DNA of 64,000 nucleotides from Vicugna vicugna (lineage: Eukaryota), in contig MU058844.1 in assembly GCA_013265495.1 (NCBI GenBank), forward strand, positions 9,692,184 to 9,756,183, read 5' to 3'. Below, one piece after another: positions 52,320-64,000 of this stretch. The notes beneath the pieces were generated by a model. That model was not told the origin of the DNA. It saw nothing but the letters and a program-made list of their open reading frames with translations, and did not search any database. Both the position numbers and the translations under genes were made by a program. How positions within the stretch are numbered: position 1 is the first letter of the stretch; every line of letters begins with the position of its first letter.

Positions 52320-52810
52320 CATTTATCCAATCAGTAAATATTTATAGAGCATCTTCTATGTGCCAGGGGCTGAGAAAGTGATCAGGTCTATAGAAATGAT
52401 CAAGGTAGGTGTGGTCCTATCCATATAGAGCTTCAGGAACATCTCATACAAGTAAATGACATACTCTGTTAGGAAGTGGTATGCACCACAATAAAAGAAA
52501 ATGAAGCAAGATAATTAAAATGGTAATGTGGATAAGAGTTACTATTTTAAAAAATATGGTGGTCAGAATATGCCTCTCTAAACAGATGACATTTAAACAA
52601 AGATGCAAAGGAGGCAGAGGAACATGGGGATGTTTGAAGAGTGTCACAGGGAGATGGCCATGAGACAGGACTATGTCTGCTGTGTTCTAGGGATAACAAG
52701 GGCTTCGGTGAGGCTGGACCCAAGTAAGTCAGAATGAGAGTTAAGAGAGAAAATGGGGCCAGACTGTGTAGGACCTTTAATGCCACTGCTAAGATCTCTG
52801 TAAGAACTGC
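52320..52810 (-). mobile_element. L2 3' end
   Basis: aaatatttatagagcatcttctatgtgccaggggctg...ggccagactgtgtaggacctt. Confidence 0.7.
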
Positions 52811-54269
52811 TATCAGACAAAAAGACAAATGCCACAGTTTATTACCCTGAACTAGAAGGGACCTCTGTAGATTTTGATGCGTGGTATCTAACTCATGCCA
52901 GGAAGACGGCTCAAAAGTAATTAGATCAAAAGAGGGCAGATTACCTTTAGAATCTGATTCTTATACCTCTGTAAATGTACCAACCCAAGAGCTGTCAAAA
53001 GTACACTTGTAAACCTAACCCATTCTAGCAGACAGGCAAGATGGTACATTACTGTTGCCCAGATACCACGGACAGCTTACTGAGAATTTTCTATGATAAA
53101 AAAATTGGTAAGATTTTTCCGTGACTATGTTGATGGGAGCTTGTTTCTAGAAATACTTCCTGGGAATATTCTTCTATGTCTGTGTCTTCCCTGCTCTGTC
53201 CTTTGGATCCTCGGGGGCTCAGGTGAGGACAGATCCAAAACCATTTCCCAAGGGAAACCTCGGCTAGTCTGGCAAGTATTTCTCCTCAGAAAGCAGGACG
53301 ATGCCTTACTTCAGCTTCTCATCTTTCACAGGAAAATGTTAACCCTGCAGTCATTCCTTTAATACCAGCAATCAAAGCCCTCATCGGGGAGTATTTGCTA
53401 CCCCAAGCAGAGCTGAGTGAAAAAAGACATTTAAAGATCACTCATGGCACATACTAACCACTTGAAATAACTAAATATTTTAAGTTCTATACACTAACCA
53501 GCCATTAGAAAAAGGCAAAGTATTTAGCCCCTCACTGAGCTGTGCTTTAATGCCATTTCTTGAACTTTCCTAAAGTTGTTTTTTTTAAGAAACACTCTAA
53601 CACCTGCATTTTTAGTAAATCTTGATGCAATTGCTTGTTTTGTTACATAAGTGTTCCCTGTGTTAAATCCTTTATGAAATATTTTTCTTAGAACATACTA
53701 TATTAATCAATATTCTTGAACAATTATAATGTGATGGAATAAGGACTTCTAAATCTAAACTAAAAAAAAAGCAAACACATAACTAAACTGATACATGAGT
53801 AGATTATATGCACATAATATATGACTGAATAGAATATATATTTCATCTGTATAAAGCAATGAAAGATAATCATTTGATTAACTCATGAGTATTTTAAGAG
53901 GAATATATAGAACACCAAAATACTCAAAGTATATTATAAAACAGCATCTAATTATTTTAATATCAAATATTATAGTATACTTTTAAGCAAATAGCATTTT
54001 CAAGTTTCTTTTAGGTAATTTTCTCTTGGAATTTATCAAAATCCCAAGTGCATAATAAAATACATTCAGTATTATTTTTTATTCCAGTGTGTAGTACAGT
54101 TATTAGAGTTACATAAGGGGGGATACAAATTTACAATTATGAGCATCAACTACCAAATTAAAGGAAGCTTAAAGCAGTAAGTCTGAGGAGTTGAAAATAT
54201 GCCAGTTGAAAAGCTTAGTAATGGATAAGCATCTCTGGGAGACTTTGTCTCTCCATACACTGTCACATT

Positions 54270-54530
54270 CTGATTTAGGATTGTTTGTGAAATGAATCGA
54301 GTCAGTAATGGGCTAAGAGATCACTATACCCTTTCTCTTATAAATCACAGCAATTTACTCAGTAGGAATGATCTATCCTTATTCTCTCATTCCCCATAAT
54401 CCAATCACTTCCTCTCATAAGCACTTTTCCCCTGGTTTTCACAATAATGCATTTTCTGTAACTAACAACCATCATTTCCTGATTATCATGCTTCTATCCT
54501 TGCACAGGAATGTGGGTCTTATGTGGGTCA
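54270..54530. promoter_or_regulatory. Candidate orthologue of the Myf5 -111 kb (ECR111) TEAD/Pax enhancer
   Basis: Apparently non-repetitive block with MCAT/TEAD sites AGGAATG (54364-54370) and AGGAATGT (54506-54513), homeodomain-type TAATCCAATCA (54397-54407) and TAATGCATT (54445-54453), and H1-like GATTATCATGCTT (54481-54493); 46 kb distal to H1. Confidence 0.45.
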
Positions 54531-56700
54531 GGGTCATCTTTCCCATCCATCTGTGTCCCCATGCGAAGTGTGTTAGCTGAAAGGTGAGTCTGGATAGACC
54601 ATCATTTTGCCTAGTGCATATAAAAGTTAGAATGCCCCCAGGTCTACGCCACTTTGATTAAGAACCACCAAATTTTGGTGTGTCTAATACTATACTTTCA
54701 GAATAAGCACACTCAAAGACTTATTAATAACTCTGCCTTCTGCAGATCCCTGTAAATTTAATGATGAGAAATGTTGCAGACAATACTCCATGGTTTTTAG
54801 TGCACCATGTGGTAGCGAGTTTCCTAAAGAATAAACAGAAATAAATAAATGACTTGACAGTGATTCACAAGACAAAAAATCTTGAGCTCTGCACACATGT
54901 GTGATTTAAACTGTCTGCACAGCTATTTGAATTAAAGTTCATTTTAAGTTTATTTAAAGGTCCTTCCCTTCAGGGTATTTCAGTTTCAGGAGCTGGTACA
55001 CGGGACCACCAGATGCCTAGCTACTGTCATCACTAAATGAAGGACTCCTTTTCTTTCCTCACCTATACCAGTATTAACAGCCTTTAAGGCTGTGAGTTGG
55101 CTTAGATTCACCATACCTGGACGAATTAGCTTTAAGTTTTAGACGTCTCTCAGGACTAGACGAAATCTAATTAGCTGGGTGGTTTGGGTGGATTCCTGAC
55201 ATCTTAAACAATGCGGGGCATCAAGGGACCTAAAGAAGTTCAGCAATTAGATTGACCATATTTATGCAGGCCGAGAGCATCTCTGGACACATCCCACTGA
55301 TGACAATACCGCACTAATTGGCTACCCTTCCCGCTGTTGAGTGTTTCCCTAGAGCCCAGGGATTTCACTGGGGTGAAACTATTGTTGGTATATGACATAT
55401 TTCCTACCATTTTACAAGACTTTCATTTTGTTTTATAGTTAGATTTCCCAACAGCAAGATGGTGTCACAAAAGGCAAATATAAGAGTAGGAATCTGACCC
55501 ATTAGACTATTCGATGAGAACTGAGACTGATTCATGGATATCCACAGTATTAGACTTCATTGTACAACTATTTTCTGTGACGCTGAGTAAGTAGTTTTCT
55601 GAGTAACTGAGGCTGGCTTAAGTTGAAAAAAATACAAAATACCCCAAAACTCTCATTTCTAATAGTAGCCATGCCAGGTGAGAATGAAAACATTCTCCTA
55701 GTAGTTCTATTGCTTTTAGGATCAGATAATACATCTTTTTTTCTAGAATAGCATTTTGTTTATAAAACAAAGTATAATTAAAAAGAAAAGAAACTAAAGT
55801 GTACTTAGAAGTTAATGTGTGTTGGGGCAAATCCCATCCAATTGTTTGGGAATGGAGATGGCTGGATTATGTACTAGACGCTTGTGTAATATCTCCAAGT
55901 CTTTCTTAGTCTCGGTTTTCAAAGCTAGTAATATCAGATAGTAATTATCCTATAAATTTCCTTTAACTGTTTTGTTTTTAGTGTTTGTGCTAAAAAAGAT
56001 ATTCTATTTGTTTATGCGAATGGGATTTCTAATTATTTTTATTTATATCCTGGGAAACTTGCTTAAGAACCTAGCAAAAGTTGTGTTTTCTTTTGACATT
56101 AGTTATAGAGTTGAATGCTTTATTAAATAGTTTAATTTTATATGCCTACTATTATGTCCTTTAAATTATGATTCCACCTGAGTGTCTTCCCTTTGTAATC
56201 CTCCTTGGCACCCCTCCACCTCTTAGTACTTTCATACCAAGTCCTACTTAAGATCTAAAAGCACAGGCTCTATCCTAGAAATGAGTGAGGTGCATGAATG
56301 AATCAACATGTGTAAAGTTCTAAGAATAGTTCCAGCACACAGATAAGCTTTGCTGTTGTTGTCATGATTCTTACTATCCAGCCAAGGGGTCTCAGTTCAG
56401 TTACTAGGCCCAACCAAAAAGTGCCCTAACTATCAGGCATCGCAATCCTATGTTCTTTTTTCAGAATTGGGAGCTTTCCAAAGTCAAGTAAGAGTTCTCC
56501 CCACTTTCTTAGTAAATGCAGAGGGAAATGGAGCTGAAAATTTGTTGTCCCATGGCCTAAAACTGAGGCAGACCTCAACTGAGATTAATGACAAGAAAAT
56601 TACTAAGAATTAAGCCTACTTCACACTTCTTTCTGAACCAAGGGAAAAAAAGATTTTCAGAAGAGTCAAAATAAATTCAATTCAGAAATAATGTCACTTG

Positions 56701-58047
56701 CTGGTGTTTGGAAAACTGGACAGCAGCATGTAAATCAATGACGTTAGAATATTCCATCACACCATACACAAAAATAAACTCAAAATGGATTAGAGACTTA
56801 AATATAAGACAAGACACAATAAACCTCCTAGAAGAAAACATAGGCAAAACATTATCTCACATACATCTCTGCAATGTTCTCCTAGGGCAGTCTACTCAAG
56901 CAATAGAAATAAAAGCAAAAATAAACAAATGGGACCTAATTAAACTTACAAGCTTTTGCACAGCAAAGGAAACCATAAGCAAGACAAAATGACAGCCTAT
57001 GGAATGGGAGAAAATATTTGCAAAAGATGAAACTGACAAGGGCTTGATCTCCAGAATATATAAACAGCTCATATGACTTAATAACAAAAAACAAACAACC
57101 CAATCCAAAAATTGGCAGAAGACCTTAACAAGCAATTCTCCAATGAAGACTTATGAATGACCAATAGGAACACAAAAAAATGCTCATTATCACTATCAGA
57201 GAAATGCAAATCAAAACTACAATGACGTGTCACCTCACACCAATTAGAATGGCCACCATTCAAAAGTCAACAGATGATAAATGCTGGAGAGGGTGTGGAG
57301 AAAAGAGAACCCTCCTATAGTGCTGGAGGGAATGCAGTTTGGTGTAGCCATTGTAGAAAACAGTATGGAGATTCCTCAAAAGGCTAAAAATAGACTTATC
57401 ATATGACCCAGCAACACCACTCCTGGGCATATATCCAAAAGGAACCCTACTTCAAAAAGACACATGCACCCCAACGTTCATAGCACTATTTACAATAGCC
57501 AAGACGTGGAAACAACCTAAACGTCCATCAATGGATGACTGGATAAAGAAGAGGTGCTATATTTATACAATGGAATACTACTCAGCCATAAAAACCGACA
57601 ACATAATGCCATTTGCAGCAACATGGATGCTCCTGGAGAATGTCATTCTAAGTGAAGTAAGCCAGAAAGAGAAGGAAAAATACCCTATGATATTACTTAT
57701 ATGTGGAATATAAAAAAAAAATGACAAATGAACTTAAATATAAAACAGAAACAGACTCACAGACATAGAAATACAAATTTGTGGTTGCCAGTAGGGAGGG
57801 AGGTAGGAAAGATAGATTGGGAGTTCGAGATTTGTAGATACTGACAGGTATATATAGAATAGATAAACAAGTTTATACTGTATAGCACAGGGAAATACAT
57901 TCAAGATCTTGGAGTAAGTGGCCCATGGTGAAAAAGAATATGAAAATGAATATATGTGTATTCATGTATGACTGAAAAATTGTGCTGTACACCAGAAATT
58001 GACACAACATTGTAAACTGACTATAACTCAATTAAAAAATAAATAAA
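56701..58047 (+). mobile_element. 5'-truncated LINE-1 (ORF2 C-terminus plus 3'UTR)
   Basis: ORF 56708..56992 ([10 protein letters not shown]...YTKINSKWI) and ORF 57531..57713; TSD agaaataatgtcacttg (56684-56700) / agaaataataccatttg (58048-58064). Confidence 0.95.
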
Positions 58048-58319
58048 AGAAATAATACCATTTGCAGGAACACAGATGGTTCTAGAGATTATCATACTAA
58101 GTGAAGTAACTCAGATAAAAACCAGTATCATATGATATCACTTATATGTGGAATCTAAAAAAATGATATGAATGAACTTATTTATAAAACAGAAACAGAC
58201 TCACATAGAAAACAAACTTATGGTTATCAAAGGGGAAAGGAGAGGAGAGAGAAATTAGGAGCTTGAGATTAAGAGATATACACTACTTTATATAAAATAG
58301 ATAAATAGCAATTAAAAAT
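58048..58319 (+). mobile_element. Older LINE-1 3' fragment, host of the 56701-58047 insertion
   Basis: ccatttgcagg...ctaagtgaagtaa...atatgatatcacttatatgtggaatctaaaa. Confidence 0.85.
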
Positions 58320-59199
58320 AAATAGATCAATTCAACATGAGATTGAGATGAGTCTAAGATGAGAAAGTGAGAGAACTCAATTGAATTTTTAAAACATAAA
58401 ATATAGCCAGCTGTAATTGGGGGAAATTTTTTTTCTCCTTTTTTCATTTTGATAACCAGCCTTTCTGTAATATTGATCTTTAAAAAATAATATAATGAAA
58501 ATTCTTATCCTTTGATTTTTAGTGATTTTGCTGAAAAGCACATTCTACATGCTTATGTAATGGAATTTCAAAATATTTTTATTTATGTTCTAGAAAACTG
58601 TTTAAGAATCTGGCAAAAGCTCTTTTAAATTAAATATATAGTTAAGTACTTTATTAAATAATTTTATATGTGCACTATTATGTTCTTTATGATTTCACCC
58701 AAATATCTTCTCTTTCTAATCATACTAAGCAGCCCAAATTAAGACATTGTTCCCCTTTGTTTTCTTCATGGACTGTTAACCTACCATGAGCTCACTTTAC
58801 CATATAAATTCATTAACAGTTTATTATTTTAGTTAATCATTTAGATACTGCTAAAGCTTCAATCTATTCTGAGATAGGCATTTCCTATTTACTTTCATTC
58901 TTTGAAAGCCTTCTCAATTTATTATGTGCTTATTTCTTCCCTGTATGCAGTAATTCCTACTTATTATATAGATTAATGAAAAGGAAAAAATATCAACAAT
59001 ATAAAATAGACTAGTATGTGAAATTAAAAAAAGCTGAACATGTCAAACATGAAGAGAACCTACTAATTGGGAGAATTTTAATTTTGACAAGAACCATGCA
59101 AGTATTTAAAAAACAAGTTACAGACAAAAGACTGGAGAAAATTAGTATGAACTATTTTGCAACACGGAGAATTTTCACATTGAAATACTTTCATATTAA

Positions 59200-60080
59200 A
59201 GTCAAATGCTTTCCTTGAGTCCAAATGCCATATTCACTCAGTCTGAGATACTGAGTAGGCATGAGTGGTAGAAATATACACAAGACTCCATCACCTGGCC
59301 ATCTCTGCTTTTGGGGACCTCAGAATTCCATGCGTGAGAGAGAAACCATTATGATGTAATATGTTCAGTGTTTAGAAACAACTTTTAGAAGGTGGGAGTG
59401 GAAAGAGGAATTTATAGAAGGCTTTGCAAAGGAGATGTTTGGTTTGAAACATAAGGAAAAGGCAGTTGGTCTCCAAAAGAGGACAGCAAGGACAGTAAGA
59501 AAGAAGCACAAAGGAGAAAGAGCAAGGTACGTGTGGGGAATATAAGCACAAATCATAGATGACCTGACAGAGCACACTGAAAGTCTACTTTCAACACAAT
59601 AGGAAAATAGAAAACTACAAAGCTTTTAAAGTAGATGGATAACAGGTAAGTGTGTTAAAAAAAATGAGTTCAAGTGGATGGGTAGACAAAATGGGAACAG
59701 AAAGACCATTTAGATATGTTTTGTAATGATCTAGGAGATGTATTTTAAGGGGTCTGAATTTACAGACCTTTAATAGAGAAACAAATTCAGGAAATATTTA
59801 GAAGGTATATTTAATAGGACTCAGGTATGGACTTGGGGATGAGGATGGCTAGAAAGAATTAAGCTTGATTCCTAGATTATGAGCTTGAACAAATAGGTAC
59901 AATACCCTGAAACAGGGAACACAGAGGGAGGAGAAGGTTTGCAGGGGGAGCAGGGACAGTGCTAATACAGGGTTAGAGATGAGTGTGGAAACCTAAGAGG
60001 TCATACCGGTAACTTCAATCTCAAGGTCTACGAGAGAGATGCTGTCTTGAATTACACATTTGGGAGTCTCAGGCAACTAA
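59200..60080 (-). mobile_element. Degenerate L2
   Basis: Purine-rich reverse L2-like motifs (ggaaatatttagaaggta, gaaacagggaacacagaggg, atttgggagtc). Confidence 0.5.
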
Positions 60081-61699
60081 CGTAGAAGACTTTCAGCAGT
60101 ATCTAATTAATATTGCATAAGTGCAACTATCATGTCTAGAATAAATTATATTTATTTCCTCCAGAAACCCACTGCTACCAAATGGGCTTCTTTACGTCAT
60201 GAATTAGTCATGAATTATATTTTCCTATTTATCTATGGCTAGCATCTCTTCTTATCATTATACAATTTCTTCCTTATAGAAAGGGAAATGTCTACCTCTG
60301 TTATGATAGCATTCACATTATAATTGCGTCACATCATTCAGAATTAAGAAAAATAATTGCATATACAGTAACTCATCCACAATGTCTTCTTTCTAAACAT
60401 GTGAAGGAGTTATTTGCCCTCTGTTTGGTTTTTCTTCTTTTTAGATCATAAAGTTGCATTCCTTGGAAGCTTCTTTGATGAGGCATGTTTTGTTGAATTT
60501 TTTTTAACCTAACAGATGTTTGGGTAGTTAAAATTCCTCATGAGTATGGTATCCTGTGGTTTTCACAACCTAAGTGTTACCTCAGGAATTTTCCTTTCTT
60601 GCTGTCCTCCAGTCCTGGTGGTCTATAGGGGATACACATTATGAGAGTCCCATCTCATTCCATACAAATTTCACACCCACACTCTTTTAAAGTTGTACAT
60701 TTCCTCAGCATTATAAGTACCTATTGTGCACTACCGAGATATTTAACAGCTTTCCAGTCTAAATTCCTCCCACACACACAACTCAAATTGCTTTTGAGCA
60801 AAAGGATAATCAGAAAAAGAAGAGATGAGTAAAATAATCTGTAAGGCTTTACTATTTCAAGTTAAGTATTTCTGCCATTTGTACTTTTTGTGCTTATGTT
60901 TGTATCCACGCACACTCAGCATGAAGTAGTGAGTTACGGCTATGATACAGACAATTTAAGGAGAAAAGGGATTTGGCTTCAGTTATCTAGATCAGAGTAT
61001 GTGGGAGAAAAAAATGTTAGCTTGAGTTGGCTGAATATTTTTGCCTTCCTTCACTCTAGTATACAGCAGTAGATTCGGATTCAGAAAGCAACCCAATTTA
61101 TTTCTCAGCTTGCATTCCAACTTTGCTCCCTGCATCTTCAATTTGAGTACTCTTCTTTATGAGCTCAGAGAGAGTTTAACATATTTTCTTATTCTAAAAG
61201 CCATTTTAGAACATTTAATTAATATGTATTATTCCAACTGAGTGGTCTTTTTATTTGCAATATTCAAATGTTGAATGATATGATCTCAAACTAGCCATCA
61301 ACTTATCAAAGAGGCTCCAGAGTTTGATAAAATGTTCCGTTAGTAAGTGCTTAGGCACAACTTGATGCCATTAGAATAAAATGCACAATTCTGAAACAGT
61401 GATTTTTACTAATTTATACTGTTGTTCAGTCTTTTCTATAATTCCGAGAAATCATTCATTTTCATCATTTTTATCTTCCTATATATTGCAAAACGACGTA
61501 ACACTTTTTTGGAATCAATGACAGATAATAAAAAACTTATTTTCTTCATCCAGATTACTTTCTATGTTTGCAAAATATCTGTAATACTTTCCATCTATGG
61601 TATGCAGAAACATCAACATCTAAGCATTACTGACTTTTAATCTTAAGAGCATTACTGCTCTTTAAAATTTTTCTTGCTTGACTGTTCTAATTTCTCTTT

Positions 61700-62155
61700 T
61701 TTTTTTAATTGAAGCATAGTCAATTTACAATGTCGTGTTAATTTCTGGTGTAGAGCATGATGATTCATTTATACATATATATTCCTTTTTATATTCTTTT
61801 TCACTATAGGTCATTACAAGGTATTGAATATAGTTCCCTGTGCTATGCTGTAGGACCTTGTTTATCTATTTTATATATAGTAGTTAGAATCTGCAATATC
61901 CCACTCCTAATTTATCCTTCCCCACACCCTTTCCCCCTGGTAACCATAAGTTTGTTTTCTATGTCTATGAGTCTATCTCTGTTTTGTAAATAAGTTCATT
62001 TGTGTCTTTTTTTTTTTAAAGAGATTCCACATGTAAGTGATATCATATGGTAAGTCCTTCTCTGCTTACTTCACTTACAAGGACAATCTCCAGGTCCATC
62101 TCCAGGTCCATCCATGTTGCTGCAAATGGCATTATTTTATTCTTTTTTATGGCTG
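61700..62155 (-). mobile_element. LINE-1 3' fragment
   Basis: polyT then reverse-complement 3'UTR; TSD taatttctcttt at 61688-61699 and 62156-62167. Confidence 0.9.
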
Positions 62156-62399
62156 TAATTTCTCTTTCTCTTATTCTTATATGTCAGTTCACCATATATT
62201 CTGTCTTGCACTAATATATGTAGTGTCTTTTTGTCTTTCATATCAAATGCAATCTCAATTATATCTCTGTGGCTTAACATAATAAAACTTAACTGTAATT
62301 TTATGAAACTCAAATATATTTATCATTAGAACAATATTCTCTTCATTCCTGAGACTAAAAGAAGAGTGATCAACTCATTCTCATAATTTATACAATTAG

Positions 62400-63110
62400 A
62401 GTAACTGGAAATTCATTGAAGGCTTTAAACAAGGAAGTAACATCATCTGATTTGGGTTTAAAGAGATCAGCTTGAAAACTAAGGATGTCAGGTTAATGCA
62501 GTGGTAGCAATAATGAAGAACAGGACTAATATGACAGCAGTGCAAGTGGAGGGATGTGTTCAGACAGCATGGTTGAAACAAATCATCAGCAGAGTAGAGG
62601 AGGAAAAGAATGCTGCCTGGATTTTCACTTTCTGCAGTCAGATGAGTGATGGTGGACCTTAATGAGGGAAGAAAGATTGGAGGATGAAAAGGTTTAGTGC
62701 TTATACCACACTCATTTTGAGAGATATATTTGACACATCTGCCCAATGGTATCAGTTGCTCCAGTAAGTATACTGAATGGGCTCTAGGGAACACTGGAAC
62801 TGGAAGTAGATACTGGAGAATAATGACTATATAGGTAGACTTTAAAGCCATAGGACAGGATAAGGTCACTTAGGGTAAGGTCTAGGTGTTGTGTGTTGAT
62901 AAAGGAAAGGGCTAACTACAGATCTCTGAACACTCCAATACTTAGATTTAAAGAGAGAGAGAGAGAGAGAGAAAAAAAAAAAAACATGCCAAGGAGACTG
63001 AGAAACAGCTATCAAGGAGGTTAAGAGAAAAATCAGAAGGGCAGATCTTACAGAAACCAGAAGTCCAAACACCACAAAGAGGAGACGTTGGACAACTGGG
63101 AAGAAGGCTA
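62400..63110 (-). mobile_element. L2 fragment
   Basis: ggctttaaacaaggaagtaacatcatctgattt, ggtagactttaaagccataggacaggataag. Confidence 0.65.
62952..62984 (+). repeat. (GA)n microsatellite plus A tract
   Basis: agagagagagagagagagagaaaaaaaaaaaa. Confidence 0.9.
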
Positions 63111-63795
63111 AGTTGTCTAGATTCCATCTCAAATGTGGAATTGCACTAACAAGCCTTCATTTAACATTTACTATAGAAACATTATGCCAGGTACTCTGGG
63201 GAATAGTAACAAAGAGACACATTTAGTGACCTAGAAAATAAAGCCTCTAGATCAAAGTTTATCTCACTATTTGTAAAGGTCTACAGTAGCCTACATTTAT
63301 CATGGAAACACTGTATGTTTGAGTGTGTGTGTGTGAGTGAGTGAGTGTGTGTGTAAGCCTAAAGTCACTGAAAAGGTTGTAAAGCTGGCTTAAAAGCAGC
63401 ATAGCTTCTGGACAGGAGGGAAAATGTAGGCACAGAGAAAAGGATACTTGATGGTAATCAGTGTAGCCTAGTGAGAGACCACAGGAGAGGACCACAATGC
63501 TTTGTTGGAGTCAAAGACTCTAGGACCTTGGCACAACTCTGGGAGTTAGAGAAAAGCCCTAATAATAGACAGAAATTGAATTTCCCACTGGGATTCAATT
63601 CAGTTAAAAAACAAGTATGTTATTATGGTTAATGATGTTTAAGCAAGTAGGGTAACCAGTTAGTTTTAAAATACAAAACTAAAGTTGTAAGAGCAATCTT
63701 TACCTATACTTTGAATGATTTCTATGTAAAAAACACATTTAAAGAGCATTTTCTTGAATGCAGAAGTATATATACATATACAGGATGTTACTTAC

Positions 63796-64000
63796 GGCCA
63801 GGCAGGGTTTGGGTAGATATCCAACTTGAAGCGTTGCCATAGCCGGCATTGGTGCTGGCGGCCACTTGGAATCTATACCATCTATATTTCTTCAACCCGT
63901 ATATGGTCTCTTCAGTTAGGTCAGCTTCATAGAGGTACTGAATTTTTTGATATTCAACACATTCTTCTGATTCCCATTCTCCGCATTTTTGAGCCCGAAG
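63796..64000 (-). CDS. PTPRQ: PTPRQ exon (FN3 repeat), 5' part outside the window
   Basis: Minus strand reads [68 protein letters not shown]; donor C|GTAAGT at 63795, phase 1. Confidence 0.96.

Noticed and set aside
53000..55400. LTR-like stretches at about 53000-53400 and 54950-55400 (also about 5400-5990 and 9240-9900)
   Set aside because: Composition suggests old LTR remnants, but I could not assign a family or boundaries with confidence.
62396..62869. 157-aa ORF
   Set aside because: Falls within a degenerate L2 remnant; no evidence of a gene.

Overview
Mammalian genomic DNA, most likely camelid (two Vic-1-type tRNA-derived SINEs, cetartiodactyl-type L1 3' ends). The whole window lies inside PTPRQ on the minus strand. 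I traced 13 consecutive coding exons (the first runs off the right edge) with canonical GT/AG sites and matching splice phases. They encode the last fibronectin type III repeats, the transmembrane helix, the juxtamembrane region (including a 27-nt microexon) and the start of the phosphatase domain; the gene continues beyond both edges. The most interesting non-coding content is the MYF5/MYF6 long-range regulatory landscape known to lie in Ptprq introns: a clear match to the core of the H1 (-57.5 kb) Pax3/Hox/Six enhancer at about 8.2 kb, plus candidate counterparts of the -111 kb (TEAD/Pax) element and others. The introns also hold a U6/L1 chimeric retrocopy, a 5S rRNA 5' fragment, a twin-primed inverted L1, nested transposon stacks, an old ~250-bp local duplication, a recent 44/42-bp tandem duplication and a perfect 16-bp hairpin. 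I found no evidence of a novel protein-coding system. Most ORFs in the track are noise or transposon remnants. Repeat boundaries and subfamily names are by eye and approximate; literature matches are from memory.
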